Source of the DNA: Callorhinchus milii
Lineage: Eukaryota
Length of the DNA stretch: 64,000 nt
Assembly: GCF_018977255.1 (NCBI RefSeq)
Contig: NW_024704743.1
Span: 107,758,001-107,822,000 of the forward strand
Reading direction: 5' to 3'
Shown: piece by piece, positions 1 through 13,317 of the stretch
Position numbering within the stretch: position 1 is the stretch's first letter
How the letters are laid out: every line of letters begins with the position of its first letter
Translations under genes and position numbers: made by a program
The notes under the pieces: model-generated
What the model was told of the DNA's origin: nothing
The model's database searches: none
Seen by the model: the letters and a program-made list of their open reading frames with translations, nothing else

Positions 1-1250
1 GACAGTCAAGTGCAGTAATGATGGAGAGCTGGCTGCATTGTTGGATGTGCCATCCTTCAGATGAGCCTTTAATTCTAGATTTTGTTTCCCTCTGTTTAAA
101 AAATCCACTGTAACACTGGCTCGCTTAATGTCAGCAGCCACCATATGATTAAAAAAATAGATATATTTTAGCATGTGTGAAGCTGTCTGGCCTGTCGCTT
201 AAATGCACGGTAACTTCACCAGTCGTGGTTGGTGATATCACATGCAGAAGAACTGATGCCCCATTATGGAGCTGGTTTTATGGACCCCATTCCCCACTAC
301 CACCTTAGAATCAAGTTCCACTGCATTTTTAAGAGCATTTAAGGTGTTTAAGGTGCATTTTTAAGGTGTTTTCCCTACCTAGGGTTTATAAGTCTGACCC
401 AAAGAAGGATAAAGATCTTCTTGAACAAGCAGAGTTGTTTTACTAGGGATCACTTTGTGGATTCATTTTTAGTTATAATTGATGAGTTTTGTTTCGGGTC
501 ATTTTGATGGAAATGTTTTAGAATGATTTTCTTCTTTCAGCGTTAATTTTGGAGATCAGTTGGCTGACTGATTAAATTGGAATGAAAATGAAAAGCAGGT
601 CATTTGAGCAGATGCAGTCTTATACATACTGCTCAATGCTTCTTGCTTGGTGCTATTTATTTTGGATCAGGCCCACAAGTGAACCATTTCTAGATTCTTT
701 GTTAACTGGAGCTGATGAAAGTATGATTCTGGACTTTCTTTAAAATGAAAATTGAAAGATGCTCCAGCTTATTTGACATTGTACATTTTTAACCGAGGGT
801 GATGGTGGGGTGTGAGGGGGGGGCGGTCCCCGGTTTGTGGGGGGGGATTGCTGCATTTTGAAAATCCACTTGGTGGAGCTGTTGGAGGTTGTGTTCATTC
901 CTTCAAAGAAAGCTATTACTACTTGGAGCCTTACCATGATCTGGGACTTGCATTTCTCATCTATAGTGTGTGCAGATGTGATCTTTGTAATATAGGAACA
1001 TGGTAACAATATAACGTCCTTAATAAGCATTCAAACTTGTTTTCATGCACTTTCGTTGGCACTGTTTTGATATATTGCAGTTGTTACTTTAACGTGATAG
1101 ATACTATTGGGAGTAGAAAACACCCAAATTTCAAAACTATTTTTCCACTTCAAAAATGCTTATGAAAAATGCATAAGGAATTATTTAACCTTCAGGAGAT
1201 TGATCTGCATACAAAGTTTGTGTCTCAGATGTCTTTTTTAACTTCACTAG

Positions 1251-1355
1251 ATGGGTGGTGCCATGGCTCCACCAATGAAAGACCTTCCTAGATGGCTTGA
1301 AGAAAATCCAGAGTTTGCTGTTGCACCTGATTGGGCTGATGTTGTCAAACAGTCT
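1251..1355 (+). CDS. CHD7: CHD7 penultimate coding exon (C-terminal part of the second BRK domain), 105 nt, phase 0
   Basis: Flanked by a ...ttcactAG acceptor and a GTAAGT donor. Translates [35 protein letters not shown], nearly identical to vertebrate CHD7 as I recall it, and splices in frame to the next exon. Confidence 0.96.
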
Positions 1356-1381
1356 GTAAGTTGGCATTATGCTGGTTATTT

Positions 1382-1702
1382 GGGAGTCCTGTAGCTCAGT
1401 GGTTAGAGCACTTGCTTTGCAAGCGAGAGACCTGGGTTCAATTCCAGGCAGGGCGAAACCTCGGGCAAGTTTCCTTACGCCACACACCTAATAATAATCC
1501 CTCCAAAAAACAAAACAATAATAAATTGGTCATTTTCAATCCATGACTGTTTGTGGGACACCGCTGTGCGCAATTGGCTGCTGCGTTCGCCCACAAATAT
1601 ACAGTCAATTTACTTTGCAGTATATTCTGTGAAGGGCTTTGAGACTTCTAGAAGACATAAAAAGCGCTATATCAAATGCTAGGATTATTATTATTATTAT
1701 TC
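1382..1702 (+). mobile_element. Full-length young tRNA-derived SINE with L2-type tail, in the CHD7 last intron
   Basis: Pol III A box (TAGCTCAGTGG) and B box (GGTTCAATTCC), 3' stem-loop, (ATT)n tail, 8-bp TSD GGTTATTT at 1374-1381 and 1703-1710. Confidence 0.92.
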
Positions 1703-2697
1703 GGTTATTTCTTGAAGAGGTAACTGGATTTTTTTGTAAGAGAATCTGTACAAAGCCCAGCTGAAAACTGTCTATGTAACACCAATATTGTCTTTGATAA
1801 TGTCATACCTGTTATGGTAATGCAGTTTTTGTTTCAATCCTCATTCACCTAAGATGAATTATTTAGTAGGTAACCCAGTTTGCATACATGATCAATCAAA
1901 TTTAGATCAGGTGACTGCACTTTGCTTTTGCAGCTGAATTATAGCACAGTTGACTTTGTTATGGGTTCATAAAGGTGCTTTATAATGCAAAAAATAGATG
2001 TGCTTGAAGTTAAACTGTTTCAAGGCCAACTATATTTTCTGAAAGTAAAATATGACTTGAATTGCATTGCCCTTTAAAATTCAGTCCTTTCTACATATTA
2101 TAGTGATGAATGTTACTGATTTTAGTTTATAAGCAATAATTAACATCTTTTAAAGTATTCTTAATTATTATATCAAAAACATAGCATTATATTATTTTAA
2201 CATTTAAAAAAAATTCACACGTTTTCTACTACTTCCTTCGGCAACAAGTTATCCTTGTTCCTTAGACTTAGGTTTTGGAGAGTAGCAAGAGAGTCATCTT
2301 GCACAGAGAGATCTCCACAGATTATGTTAATAGTCTGATCGATCTGTTACGTGCATTTGAATGATACAGGAAAGGTCACCTTGTTTTGGTGTCCCTTGTG
2401 TCTCAATCCAAGATTGTCTTCCCCTAACAGTGTTAGAGTGGAGTTCAGATTGAAGTTTTCTCCAAGCTCAATACTCCATTGTGACTCCGGAACCAACAAG
2501 GTGCCTTTTTTGATGCATCTATGAAATTTTGACATAATCTTTATCTTTAAAGTCAATTGCAGAGAAAACTGGCACATTGTGAAATCTAAATTTTCTTATG
2601 AAGCTAAAAAATGTTTTTTTTATCGAGCTTTTTTGATCATGAAGTGGGTTTAGTGTACTTGGGATTAATTACTTGACTCTGCTGTTTATCTTTTCAG

Positions 2698-3624
2698 GGT
2701 TTTCTGCCAGAGTCCATGTTTGACCGCGTTCTCACTGGACCAGTTGTTAGAGAGGAAGGAGCAAGCAGAAGAGGGAGAAGGCCCAAGAGTGAGATCGCCA
2801 AAGCTGCTGCAGCTGCTGCTGCTGCTGCTTCAGCCTCGGGAATAAACCCACTGCTGATGAACAGCCTGTTTGCTGGAATGGATCTTACAAGCCTACAGAA
2901 TTTACAGAACCTGCAAAGCCTTCAGTTAGCTGGATTAATGGGCTTCCCACCTGGCCTTGCCGCAGCTGCTGGAGGAGGAGATACAAAAACCCCTGCTGCT
3001 TTACTACCCTTGATGCTTCCAGGCATGGCAGGGCTGCCCAATATGTTCGGACTTGGAAGCTTACTGAGCAACCCCCTTACTGCTGTCGCTAGTACTTCTG
3101 CTGCAACATCAGGTCCAAGTGAAACAGAAAGTGGTGTTTCATCCAAGACGGAAAATGACAAAGAAAATGATCAAGAAAATGAAGAGGATAAGGAAACAAA
3201 CGGTGCAGAATCTGCTTCTGATTCCAATAACGCAAGTTCCAGCTCTTTCGCAGCTGCTGCAGCAGCTGGGCTCACCAACAACCCTCTTGCTTTCAACCCA
3301 TTCTTGCTTTCCACTATGGCTCCTGGCCTGTTCTACCAATCTATGTTATTTCCTCCTGGGCTGGGAATGGCCCTGCCTGGTTTTCCTCAACTGACTGGAC
3401 TGCAGAGCACAATGAGCTCAAGTGATGACAAGGAGGATAAAACAGATGGTAAAGCTGAAGACAACAGCTTTATTGAAGGAGAAGGAGAAGGCAATTCAGA
3501 TGACAGTGATGGTGTGGGAAGTCCCAGTAAACCCGTAGACTCCTCTCTTATGGAAGATGAATTGGCACAGGCGACAGGATTAGACTCGGTTGAGGGGGCA
3601 GAGGAAGAGGAGGACGAGGATTAA
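2698..3624 (+). CDS. CHD7: CHD7 last coding exon (308 aa plus TAA stop)
   Basis: Polypyrimidine ttttcAG acceptor ends at 2697. Reads [40 protein letters not shown]...[23 protein letters not shown]...[19 protein letters not shown] and ends in an acidic tail, as in the CHD7 C-terminus. The ORF-track start at 2716 is an internal Met. Confidence 0.97.
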   Translation, partial: GFLPESMFDRVLTGPVVREEGASRRGRRPKSEIAKAAAAAAAAASASGINPLLMNSLFAGMDLTSLQNLQNLQSLQLAGLMGFPPGLAAAAGGGDTKTPAALLPLMLPGMAGLPNMFGLGSLLSNPLTAVASTSAATSGPSETESGVSSKTENDKENDQENEEDKETNGAESASDSNNASSSSFAAAAAAGLTNNPLAFNPFLLSTMAPGLFYQSMLFPPGLGMALPGFPQLTGLQSTMSSSDDKEDKTDGKAEDNSFIEGEGEGNSDDSDGVGSPSKPVDSSLMEDELAQATGLDSVEGAEEEEDED

Positions 3625-4510
3625 TTACATTTCCAGTTACTAAAAGTGTTTTAAAACTCTTCACAAGTCGTAGTCCTACTGTTTACATATTCATTAAATG
3701 TCCACACATAGTTTTTTAAGCTATCTCTGTAACATAGTGTAGCAAAGTTCCAAGTCATGTTATGCAGATGTCAAAGATGTCTTGGTCAAAAGTATTATGC
3801 AGTGCATTATTTATTATCCTAGAAGCGGTATCAAGTTCAAGAGTGTGTCTGAATTTGTGAGGAATGAAGTTAAATGCTCTGCTTTTCGTTTTCACCAGTG
3901 GTAATATGTGACCCACAGCAAACACCAATCAGTGGCATGTGATTGTTAGTGACCGAAGCAGTTTCTGCTTTTAAAGGAATAATGAAGATGTATATTTAAC
4001 GTTGCTGTGAAGAGCACAGATGGACAAGTCATTGTAGAACATATCATGCCTATAGATTTGACTGTATATAAAGAGTCCACACTGACAATCCCCACAATAG
4101 TGTGAAGGTCTCACCCCAGAGGCACAGCAATAACTTGGCAGCTGTTGAATGTTTTTTTTTAAAAATCTGGACAATAAAACGCCTAAAAGGGTGACCACAA
4201 TTTCTGACTTAAACTACAGTTGATTTGCATTGTCTCGTGATTTTTTTTCTTGTAATGCACTGTTATAAACAAGATTCAGGTACATTTCTCTAAAGAAAGG
4301 ACTTTGTTACTTTAGCCACAAAGCTAAACAGCATTACCTCAGTTCTCCTAGCATTGAAGTTTACAAACAAGACTTTGTAAATGTATGTTTTCTTTGTTGT
4401 GATGTTTTTTTAAAAAAAGATTTGGAAACTGCTATCATGTAAGATACGATGTAAATTGCTGCCAACTGTAGTAATGATGCTTTTAATAAAAGTGATCCAT
4501 GATATGCAGT
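3625..4510 (+). other. CHD7: CHD7 3' UTR, proximal part
   Basis: Follows the stop codon, AU-rich, AATAAA at 4173-4178 and 4485-4490. The first ~200 nt resemble the mammalian CHD7 3' UTR as I recall it. The true 3' end is not determinable. Confidence 0.75.
4485..4490 (+). terminator. Candidate CHD7 polyadenylation signal
   Basis: Canonical AATAAA in tgatgcttttAATAAAagtga with upstream UGUA motifs. Alternatives lie at 4173, 5209, 6295, 6842 and 7443. Confidence 0.55.
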
Positions 4511-7500
4511 GACATATACTGTAGAACAAGCAACAGTCTAGAGAAACCAAATTATGATTGGTATTCACTAGTTACATTGCTTAGCAGCAATAGAGACACA
4601 TACCATATTCTGGATCCTGGAAAGATTTTTTTGTTGGTAAAGTAAATGTTTACAATGGACAATACATGTACTTAAAATCAAAGAAATTTTAGCTTTATTA
4701 TTAAACCAATACAGTATTAGGCATCTTGGTTTCATTATGTTCTGTTCTGCTCTCTTCACCTTTTAAAATGTTAATGGTATATACTGCACAGTATTATCAA
4801 AGCCATTACAAGGGTAGAAGCAAGATTCAAGATCAGACAAATTAAACTGCCCTTCTCACTCAGCAGGCAACACCTTGTGTAGCTTTAAAACACCAAACTG
4901 CATTGGTGGTGTAAGCATACACTATTCCCAGGGCTGAGAGTATGGAAGAGTGGAGAGAGAAATGATCAGCAATGTTTTAGCAACACTACTTTACCACTGT
5001 TATGGGTGGGAATCTAACTGACACATTGGAAATCTCATTCTGAAGTGATCATCACGGAGAACATGGATTTAAACCCGATTAGTCCAGTTTCCAGTGAATT
5101 CAAGTTCACAGCACACGATTTACCTGCCTATGTAGAGGATAACTGTTAAACTTGTAATGCAGTGTTTCATGTGTGATGTGAGTTGCAGGTCTTTCAAAAC
5201 CAGTGAATAATAAAGACAAAACCAGTAATCCAGTTTTGCAAAGGAGTTGTTCTATTTGGAAGTGTTCGAAAATTGTTTGGATTTTTTTTTACCTTCCCAC
5301 CTTTTCTTTCTCTTTACCTTCCCTCCCCTCTCCCATGGTTCTTTGTTGTCTAGGGTGATTCTAACAAATGTTTTTTTTNAAATCCTTTCATTTTTAGTTC
5401 AGTGAATGAAATGTTACACATGCACTTTAAAAAAAATGTTGACACTATAACTGCAGGCTTAGTATCCAAAGCTTGAACTCTTGGAATCCGTTCAGACTTT
5501 TGACCTGATGCAGAATGTTAACATGGAGCTGGACTGCAATGTCCCACTGTGTTCCTATAATGAACTTGCTTGAACAATAACAGCTTGTTATATAGTTCCA
5601 GGCAGTCTGCAGAGGGCTGCCAGCTCAACCACATCCCTTCAGTGTTAATGATGGACTCTGGCATGAAGCAGAACTTCAGAGTCACCTCCTACAAAATTGA
5701 GATTTTGGTGCCACAGAGGCCAAGTAAATGTCCTTTTGCCACCAACTCCCCATCCTGGTTCTGGTATTGTGGCTTGGCCCTTTTTCTCCTGGCATTAATA
5801 GTTAGCATCAACTCTGAGTGGTTCCTCCGTATAGTACTAGGTTGTTCTTAATGCCATAGATTTTTCCTTTGCAAAGCTTTCAGAAGTTGCATACAAGGTT
5901 TACCATTCTGCAAGTCATTGGTGTCAAATTTCAGTCTTAAATGCCTTTTTGCTTTTTTCCATTTGTCAATTGATCTGAGTTTGGCTGATGTTTGTAAAAT
6001 GATTCTCTGCTCATGTTACCCTTGATTTTGTGGTTGCTGATAATCAGATCAAAGAATTGAATGGCTTGGCACTCCTGCTTGATATGTCTCCTATATTTGC
6101 ATATTTTTTAATCTAACAATTGCGTAGTTTGTGCCAGATTATAAACTTTGTTAATACCACTAAAAGCAGCCTTAATGCCTTGAATGGCAGTGCACTGATG
6201 TGTAAAAAAAATTGCATCATCCCCACATCACTTCATGTTTGATCATACGTGGTTACCATCTGTTGCTATTAACCATAAAACGTGCCAAAAACAGAATAAA
6301 CCAGCCTTATGAACTCCACCTGTATAGATTATAACAACCACTGAAGTGTCTTTCAAAGATGTTAGGAGAATGATTCCAAAGCTTTATTTTGAGTTTTTCC
6401 TTGACCCTCCTCCACCACCACCACTTTAAATAGCAACCTTTACCAATGTGCCATTTTCATTTCCTATAGTCACCATCCTCCTCACCCCTGAAGAGGAAGA
6501 ATAATCATTTTGCTTTGGACCTGTGGACTTCCCCCTGCGCACTAGAAACTGGATTGCGAGTCTTTCAATCTCACTTCATCACCTGGGATGCCTGTAGGTC
6601 TGTTGTGTAGGTGTAATATTCTACAGTATTTCTTGTGTGTTGGAGTGTTCTTCAGTTCAAAACTGAACATTTAAAATGTTATGCATATCTACAGAATTAT
6701 AAGATACACAAAACAAATAGAGATGCACTGGCTTTGGTCTAATTATGCTAACCAATGTAGTTTTTTGTTTATATACCTACTGTAAGATGTTATTGACAGA
6801 GGTTCTGTGTGACTGTCAAGGTATGATCCATTAGAGATTAAAATAAATTTAAATGTAAATGGGACGGACCACCCTTGGTCTCCCTCCCCCCCCCAACCCC
6901 CCCCCCACCCACCAACACTTAGTGGGATCAATTCCAAACAAAACCAGCTGTTACAGTACTTAATATACTGAAATAATGTACTGAAAAAACAAATTTGGAT
7001 AGTAATGAGATTAAAGGTAGTAGTTATACATGAGCTGAAGTTTTGGTCAGCTGCAGTGTACTACGGTTACTACGGTTCTGGAGTCAAATTTGCTGTTCCT
7101 TTGTATTGGTTCATTAAAATCTATCTCAGTCAGTAAATCTGTTCATGCCTTACCTGCTGAAAAGTTACTACTCTGACCAGTTGTATTCATGAGGTGCAGA
7201 CATCTTGTGGGTTGGTTTTGCCAAGAAGCACATCTGGAGCTTCAAATCAAACAACATTTATATATTTTACATATTTATTTCCATTTATATAGCGCACTTC
7301 ATGCAGGCCAGCTTCTTGGAGCACTTCTTAAGAAGTTTAAGAAAAGAGAACTCCCACGAAGGATTTCTGCAAACAATGCAACAGTACTGTAGATGTCTAT
7401 GGCCACTCTGGTAGTTCTACAGTGTTTCTTGCCACCACATTCAATAAAAACGAGCAACATTGTCTTCATCTGTGACTGACCTGACCAGTAAGTTTAGACT

Positions 7501-7739
7501 GAACAGAATACTGGAAGCCATGAGTATTTCAGTGTTAGCTAATAAATATTGACCTAATTTGAATCGAATTGACTTTTTTCATCTGAAAATGCAGAGAAAG
7601 GAGTAATCCGATATCTCCTACAGATATGGTAAATGGGTCCATGTCACTCTTCAAACATTCAAACATTTCCTTGGTGTTTGCTTGCGTTTCAGAAGGAAAT
7701 TCAGGTTCCATAAAGAAGGGCTCTATTCTGGAATACTTA

Positions 7740-9340
7740 GTTTTGGTGACATTTTTCCTTCAATCTTGTCCTTTGGGAGGAACCATGAAGGATTGTCCTG
7801 AGAACTTCTGGAATGTGAACTGCCAAGGGACCCACACTTGCCCACAAAGAATAGCTGCTTAGATGAAGTAAGAAAATGGAACTGATAATCTCCGAACCAA
7901 AACTCAGTGCGTTCAGAAAGTGGGAAGAAGGTGACCACGTGCTTGATGACCACAGCTCCTGTTGTGATATGCTGTGAACCATTCTTTCACATAATATAAA
8001 TCCAAGCTGTTATAGAGGAACTCCAATTCCTTTTAGTGGAGTCCAAGCAATTTGGTGCACAGGAAAAGAAGCTTTGCTCACAAGGAATAAATGCATTGCT
8101 TTTCTATCAAACAGCGTGTGAAGGTGTCCATGCACAGTCCCAGAATGATGGATTCTTTTCAAATTCTTGCTGGAACTTTTAAATTGGATGGAGGCTGATG
8201 TTAATTCCATTGTCTGGATCAATGGTTAACCTGCAAAAGAATCAATCACAAAAGTGTAACTCTCTCTCCCCCCTCCCCCCCCCCACCCCGCGCGCGCACA
8301 CACACAGTACTGATGTTCTCAAGTGCCTACTGCTCACTCAATATGGCTGCAAGAGTGGTCAGTTGATGATCGTGTTGGGTTTGTGGCCCTGTGTTCTAGT
8401 CATTGCAAAGATTGTGTAAGTGAATGTGGCATGCAATGCAACAGCCATGACCGATTTCATCTGGAGAATTATTGAGCAGGTACTGGGAGAAAGATCAAGA
8501 ACGTGGAGAGTATTCATTTTATGAACACTGACTCTTCCAACACTCCATGTACCTGTAATTTCAAACTGTTCAAAAGGTGCCGGGTTAAATGACAGAGTGC
8601 AGGTTAGAAACAATCTGCACTCTTTGATATCTAAAACCACACTGGGTCCGTTGAAATAAAGAACAGCACAAATTGGGAGAGGAAGAGGGCAGATTCCAAA
8701 GGCTGGTTTGGTAGAATCAATCTTTTACCTGACAGATTACTGAACTCTAGAACACAGTCAAGGAACAAAAGGAAAGGGTATCTATAGGGTGAGACAATAA
8801 AAAGATAAAAAGGAGAGGTATATTACATTGTATGTGATCTCGACTAGGAAATCAGCTAGGCAGCTGGCTAGACCGGAAAGGAACCTTAGTTTACTAAAGG
8901 GTGTCCTGTTACCAAAAGAACCAGGGTTAACAGAGTATGTTCTGAAAACCCGATAAATCCAATTACTCAGGATGAAGTCACCAAGGGACAAAAGCTTCAC
9001 AACTAAAAAAATAATGAATCCTAGAATAGAATGTGGAATGGTGTAGAACATAGCACCTGAGGATGTCAGATTAATTTTACAGAGATCTAGCAGAACAAGT
9101 TCTTCACACCATTGAAACAGGGCCAACACAATTTGCAAAGGGGGAGAATAAACACATTGAACCTATGAACTAGGAGATTGTGGACGCAATTAAAATCACC
9201 ACTGCAATAATGGTTGGATGAGGTACCAAATTCAAGAGTAGGCCAAAAATATGTAAGGGAGTCTGTTTTCACAACATATTTATTACAAAAGCTGCATGTT
9301 TGGAGGTCAATCCCCAAATATGGAGATATGAGCAAATGCA
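7740..9340 (-). mobile_element. Highly degraded L1/Tx1-like LINE ORF2 relic
   Basis: Minus-strand fragments SGDFNCVHNLL and ELVLLDLCKINLTS..FYTIPH resemble the APE endonuclease (GDFN..., DxWR...TFYS.PH). Weaker RT-like traces (LFDR...) lie at lower coordinates in the expected order. Confidence 0.45.
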
Positions 9341-9634
9341 TTTAAATGCCAATCTCTTTCCTATTCTATTTACAGCAAAATTTGTCAATTACCTATTCTG
9401 AAATAGGTGATTTGAAAAGAAAACTATTTAGGCATCATATTTTCATGTGTACGGCCAATAAAGAATTTTAATTTACCTACAAAATACAAAGTCACTGTAC
9501 TTCACAGTAATCCCTGTGAGTCACTTTGAGACTTTCTTGCAATGGGAAAGGCACTATCTCAATTCCAAAGTATTTTTGAAAAAAATAGCTTTGCATGATC
9601 ATCTCCCCAATAATATTCCATCATTTCTTTATAA

Positions 9635-10043
9635 TGACTCAGTTGGTAGCACTCTGTAAGAGAAGGTTGTAGGATACTATATCCTACATCAGGACATTGC
9701 ACTTACAGTCTACACTATCACTCAAATGTAATTCCAGGGTGTTGCCATATTAAGGGTGCAATCCTTTGGATGAGACGTTAATGTAGGGTCCCACCTGCTT
9801 TTTCAGGTGGACGATAAAGAACCCATGGCACTATTACAAAAGAGAAGGGACTTTCTTTTGGTGTCCTGACCAACAATCGCCAGATACAATTGATCATTCA
9901 CTTCATGGCTGTTTGTGGCAGACTCTTGTGGACAAAATGGCTGCTGCAATCATCTACAAAATACACAGTCACTACACTATACAGTAAATCCTGTGAAGTG
10001 TTTTTGGACATCCTGACATGAAATGCGAGGATTATTATTATTA
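9635..10043 (+). mobile_element. DeuSINE-like element (SacSINE1/AmnSINE1 superfamily)
   Basis: Head ctcagttggtagcactct, core ggatgagacgttaa...ggtggacg.taaaga.cccatggcacta, L2-like tail ending (ATT)n. Confidence 0.8.
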
Positions 10044-13000
10044 TGGGACATAAGCATCAACCTGGTGGCATTCAACAGACTGTCATGAAGCAGATACACC
10101 GTGGTGTTACTAAGCCACTTCCATTTGTACTGTATCTGTTGCACTGTTCTATAGTTTTTAGTGAAGTTTTTATTTCTGTACAAAATGAGTTAAATTTCTA
10201 TATGTTTGTCACTTATTTAAATAGTAATATTTTCAGTGTTTATTTCTATGGTAAGCATCATGAAATCCTGGTCTCTGCTAAAGTCAATTTCAGAAATCTA
10301 CCCCAAACTCGAGGCTGCTGCTTGAACACAGGAACTGGATTAGTTTGCATGAATAGTTTAGATGTGGTGGTCAACCGTCAATGTAACAATGCACCAGTAT
10401 ATGGGACTAAATGTCTGTGTGTAATCTATGCTGCTTTCCAAAGGCAGGGCTTGGTCAGCAGGTAATGTTTTCATTGTTTGAATCCTTTTTCATTCATCAC
10501 CTATAAGGGTTTTACTGTGGGTGATCATGGTGTTTGTTACTGAAATATTCAATTTCAAACAACAGGCTCCAAGTTCAAGAAAATGGTCTATTGTGCTGTG
10601 GTCAGTGATCCCAGGCACTGATGCAATCTTTGCGTTGGTCTTCATTCGACCTACCTGTCAAGGAAGGAATACAGTGCCTGGGTTTTTTACATCCCAGGTT
10701 ATATGTGGCCTCAAGGTTTTTAATAATTTATTGCACTTGCACACATGTACATTGCAATTCCATTTCTGGTTTCAGAGTTTGATTCCTTTTGTAAAAAAAT
10801 TACAGCATTTACTATCAGAGAAAAGACAATTGTTCCACATTACATGCATACTGTTTGCTTTCAGTTTAGTTTTGTAAACTGTGCAGAGGGAAACCGTTTG
10901 TGTCTGTGGAACAATCTGGGGGCAAGGATGCTTAGAAATTACACCATGTTCTGTAAGTAAAAGCTTGAAATTGTGAGGCATGAAATGATTTTAGTTTAAT
11001 ATTTGATTTTTTCAGCAATATAAATTTAGACAATCATTGCCTTTCCAGTGGTCCAGTACAAAAGATCTTTGGGAAGTGATTTTTTAAAACACTTTTCAAA
11101 ATTCTCTCTGCAAGACTGACAGGCATTCAGCCTCGGGAATATCTGTTTGCTGATTAGCGATCACTTTCTAGTACAGTTGTGTCAAAAAATAGTTCTGCAT
11201 CACTGCATATTTGAGCACTTGTTTAAATCCGAATGAAGAATACAATTACTAAAATATAAACAACAAGAAGAACTTATGTAGTGCCCTTCATGTGTCTTGG
11301 AGCGCTTAATAATGGCAGAGCTCAACGCTGAGCCGGGGAGAAAGGGGAGGTGACAGTCAAAGAGGAAAGTCTTCAGGTGCGAGCTGAAGACAGGCAAAGA
11401 GGGGCCATGAAATATGAAGTAAACACCTGCAGTTTTAAATTTATTTGGTAATTATGTTTTCAGCACCTTGGGACATTGTCCCAATGTGAAAGACATTATA
11501 AAAATGCAATTAGTTGTTCAGTATCACTTTCTAATTTAAAATGCCTCAGCACGACCAGTACCAAGTTTTTTGTGAACAAACAAAGCAGCCAATGTTTCAA
11601 GAGTGGCCAGTCACATCAATTCATTTGGGAATAGGTTTATACTTATGCATAGCATTCTTCGGTGGAATGGTTTGTTTTGCACAATGAAAAAAATAAAGAT
11701 ATGCCTATTTCACTGCGATTGTGGCCTAACCAACTTAATGGAACAGGCAGCACTGCAGAATATCCTGCCATTCACCATAGGAAGTTGTTTAAAAAGATTG
11801 ACTACTGTAAATGGAACATTAGGGTAACATTTAAAAACAAAAACACTGCTAGATAATAAAAAGCAATCCTGACATGTAAGGGAAGATGTCTCAAAACGTT
11901 TTGCAGAATATACTGTAAAGTGCAGTGACTGTGCATTTTCTGGGCAAATGCGGCAGCCTATTTTCACAGAGCAATGCACAATTAATAATGGAGGATGAGA
12001 TTTTCCCTTCAGTTGTGCTTTTAGGAGCAAAGTCTTTGTTGAATTCCAGAGGTGTCTTCCTTTGTGAGACATTCGCAGTATAGTTGTCAAAATATGTTTA
12101 TTTTAGCATAGTAATTATACTGCTGCATGATTTAATCCACCCGATTAAATATGCAAGAAATTGATGAACTCAGGGAGCACAGATAATTAAGGAAACTAAA
12201 GATGATTACTGGTACAGTACTGTCTAAGATTTCACCTGCTGTTTAAAACAAATAAACAAATGCAACAAATTATAGATTTGCAGTTGTGATCTTAAATTAT
12301 GAATGCAAAGATTATTGTAATCCTTTCAAAGCTGCCATAATGCACTAAAAATAGGACTCAGGACATCCTTGCTAGCTAATGACAAAGGCAGCAAATGGTC
12401 CCACAGTGAATATAATATGCTGTTAAATATACGATTCTGAATTTCTAAATGCTCTTAAAACTAGTGCTTTTATGATAAAAGAAACCAGAGCAGATAATAA
12501 ATAACATATGATGTATGTGTGGTTTATTTATAATCAAAATATATTCAATCAATATTGGCAAACATAGTAATAATTTCAAACGGCAACGTATTTTCAGTTA
12601 GCAAGGAAAATAACAATTATTGACCAGTTTAGCAATATGGGGTGAAATAGACACATAGATTCAATGTGATAATTATTTTTTACTAAAAGTCTAGTCTAAA
12701 GACTGGTTGTGGAGCTGAACACCCACAACTTGGATACATTGGTGTGCTGATTTCAAAACATTTTGGTCACCTTCTTAAATGTCACCAAACCAGAAAGACT
12801 TTGTTTTCAAATCTAGACGTAGTTGTGAGAGTTTCTTCACATGATTCCCACTGAGATAAGTTCATATCTTGTTATTAGCTGCACGCAAGCTCCCATTCCT
12901 GCAACCAGGAGCAGCAAAATAAGCCATTATACAAAGGTCAGGGGGTAACATGCAACATTTCATAATAGATTTGATGTCATAATTATCACTTCTATATTTC

Positions 13001-13317
13001 TATTTATGATATCTTTAAGTTAAGGTGAAATTTAATACAAAGGAACAAGCAGCAACAACAACACCATGCTTTTATATAGCACCTTTCATATAAAAGAACC
13101 ATAGAAATTTAGAGTGCAGAAGAAAGCCATTCGGCTCATTCAAAGAACCTAAATTGATGACTTTGAACAAAGTGATAATCTGAAAATGAATAATAAACCT
13201 GCGTTCAATATGTTGCATTATATAGGCAAACACAGAAGCCAATCTGCAGCAGCAGTGTCTCACAAACAACAATGAAATGAAGAGTCAAATCAAGTAGTAA
13301 ATGGGTGCACTGTCCAA

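Noticed and set aside
795..850. G-run cluster with G4 potential (others near 6880, 22080, 30900)
   Set aside because: Common low-complexity tracts with no supporting context.
1383..1460. tRNA-Ala(TGC) gene (also the heads at 19380-19455, 27331, 44950-45027, 52144)
   Set aside because: Each head is attached to the same SINE body and tail, the T arm is irregular, and the anticodon varies among copies, so these are SINE heads.
2922..3394. Antisense and alternative-frame ORFs over the CHD7 last exon
   Set aside because: Shadow ORFs of the real coding frame.
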